A stretch of DNA of 15,772 bases from Armatimonadia bacterium (GTDB lineage: Bacteria > Armatimonadota > Zipacnadia > Zipacnadales > UBA11051), in assembly GCA_039683575.1 (NCBI GenBank), contig JBDKRC010000034.1, forward strand, positions 1-15,772, read 5' to 3'. Shown here one piece after another: positions 14,546 through 15,772 of the stretch (position 1 is the first letter of the stretch; each line of letters opens with the position of its first letter). The position numbers and the translations under genes were made by a program. The notes below the pieces were generated by a model. It saw nothing but the letters and a program-made list of their open reading frames with translations. It was not told where the DNA came from and ran no database searches.

Positions 14546-15652
14546 ATGATGGAAGAACGAATAGCGAGTTTGAAGGCCAGCGTCCTGGGGTTTGTGGAGA
14601 GCTGTGCGTTGGGCGAAGTGGGGCGGTACCGGTATTCGCTGGCTTGCAGTGAGGCGACGCTGTATTCGTCCAGCTATGCAGCGATGGCGCGGGACCTGCT
14701 CGGCGACCTGGAGGGGCTGGAGGTTGGGGAGCGGGAGGAGTGGGTGGCTTATCTCAATGGTCATCAGGACGAGGAGGGGCTGTATCGCGATCCGGTGATC
14801 TTTGGGGAAGGGTGGTATGAGGGCGATCCGCTGTGGTGCGGGCGGTCGCATCTGACCTGCCATGTGGTGACCGCGCTGGCTTGTCTGGGGGCGGTGGCGC
14901 CACGGGAGTTTGGATGGCTGGAGCCGTGGCGGGATGTGGACCGGATGGTGGCGTGGCTTGGGGAGCGGGATTTCGGGGAGCGAGTGGGCTGGTCAGGTAA
15001 TGAGATCATGAACGTGGGGACGCTGCTGCAGTATGCGCGGGAGTTCCATGGGGATGAGCGGGCGGGGCGGGCAGTGGCCTGCTTGCTGGATTGGCTGGAG
15101 ACGCATCAGGTGAGCGCGGAGACGGGGGTGTGGGGGTCGCTGGACGTGAACGACCCGATACAGCGGTCGCATATGGTGCAGGCGGCTTACCACTGGTGGC
15201 CGCTGTTTGCGTATGACGGGCGGGCGTTTCCGTATGCGGAGCGGGCGGCGGAGACGGTTCTGGCGACGCAGAATCCAGTGGGCGGGTTTGGGTGGGGAGT
15301 GCACAACCCGGCGGAGCCATTTGCGAGCAGCGCGTGTGAGGATATCGACTCGCTCGATCCGCTGGCGCGGCTCCTGGAGCAGGCGCCGGGGCAACGGGAG
15401 GAGATTGTGGCGGCGATACAGCGGGGGGCGGAGTGGGTGAGGAGCAACCAGGTGGCGGATGGGGGCTTCGTGTTCGTGAAGGGGAGGGGGTTTGAGTATG
15501 GGCACCGGGAGCTGAGAGGAGAGGAGGGGAAGGGGGCGATGTTCCCGACGTGGTTCCGGTTGTTGGCGCTGGCGGTTTGTGATGCGGCGCTGGGGGAGGG
15601 AGGGTGGAGGTTCTGTGGGTGTCCGGGGATGCAGTTTTGGGGGGAAGGGTGA
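14546..15652 (+). CDS. Prenyltransferase/squalene-oxidase-repeat (alpha/alpha toroid) family protein
   Basis: GAGGT upstream of ATGATG. Repeated QW-like motifs YLNGHQDEEGLY, WLETHQVSAETGVWG, LATQNPVGGFG and WVRSNQVADGGF. No signal peptide; function unknown. Confidence 0.75.
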   Translation: MMEERIASLKASVLGFVESCALGEVGRYRYSLACSEATLYSSSYAAMARDLLGDLEGLEVGEREEWVAYLNGHQDEEGLYRDPVIFGEGWYEGDPLWCGRSHLTCHVVTALACLGAVAPREFGWLEPWRDVDRMVAWLGERDFGERVGWSGNEIMNVGTLLQYAREFHGDERAGRAVACLLDWLETHQVSAETGVWGSLDVNDPIQRSHMVQAAYHWWPLFAYDGRAFPYAERAAETVLATQNPVGGFGWGVHNPAEPFASSACEDIDSLDPLARLLEQAPGQREEIVAAIQRGAEWVRSNQVADGGFVFVKGRGFEYGHRELRGEEGKGAMFPTWFRLLALAVCDAALGEGGWRFCGCPGMQFWGEG

Positions 15653-15672
15653 GGGGTGAGGGGGAGAGCTTT

Positions 15673-15710
15673 ACAGGATGGGCAGGATAAAGGCGAGGAT
15701 GAGCAGGATG
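15673..15710 (+). repeat. AGGAT motif repeats (9/12/9 spacing)
   Basis: AGGAT at 15675, 15684, 15696 and 15705. Confidence 0.55.
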
Positions 15711-15772
15711 AGAGGGGGAGGGGGAGGGGTGTAGGGGAGTGGTCACAATGGGGACGGAGCCATTGCGCGATG

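Noticed and set aside
13760-15730. KOPS-like GGGNAGGG octamers on the + strand
   Set aside because: Expected by chance on such a G-rich strand; not independent evidence.

Overview
GC-rich bacterial window. Gene content (secreted carbohydrate-active-like proteins, a PPC-domain protein) resembles Armatimonadota/PVC-type organisms; this taxonomy is inference only. It begins with the left end and transposase start of an IS1202/ISNCY-like insertion sequence. Then come an FKBP-type lipoprotein PPIase (+), five secreted proteins on the - strand (hypothetical, PPC-domain, PcRGLX/YetA-like lyase, LamG/GH42-like, HEAT+sugar-binding), and a prenyltransferase-repeat protein (+). Most of the interest is outside the ORF track. 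(1) The + strand switches from C-rich to G-rich at about 9440, independent of gene orientation, inside a less GC-rich intergenic region with weak DnaA-box-like motifs: a candidate replication origin with no dnaA in the window. (2) There are several families of REP-like palindromic elements (GTAG/GTGG hairpins, a three-hairpin cassette, a hairpin plus 20-nt tail element, hexamer-repeat leaders). Two families also occur in frame inside the 1548-aa lyase gene, one copy overlaps the FKBP stop codon, and their orientation appears to flip across the skew switch.
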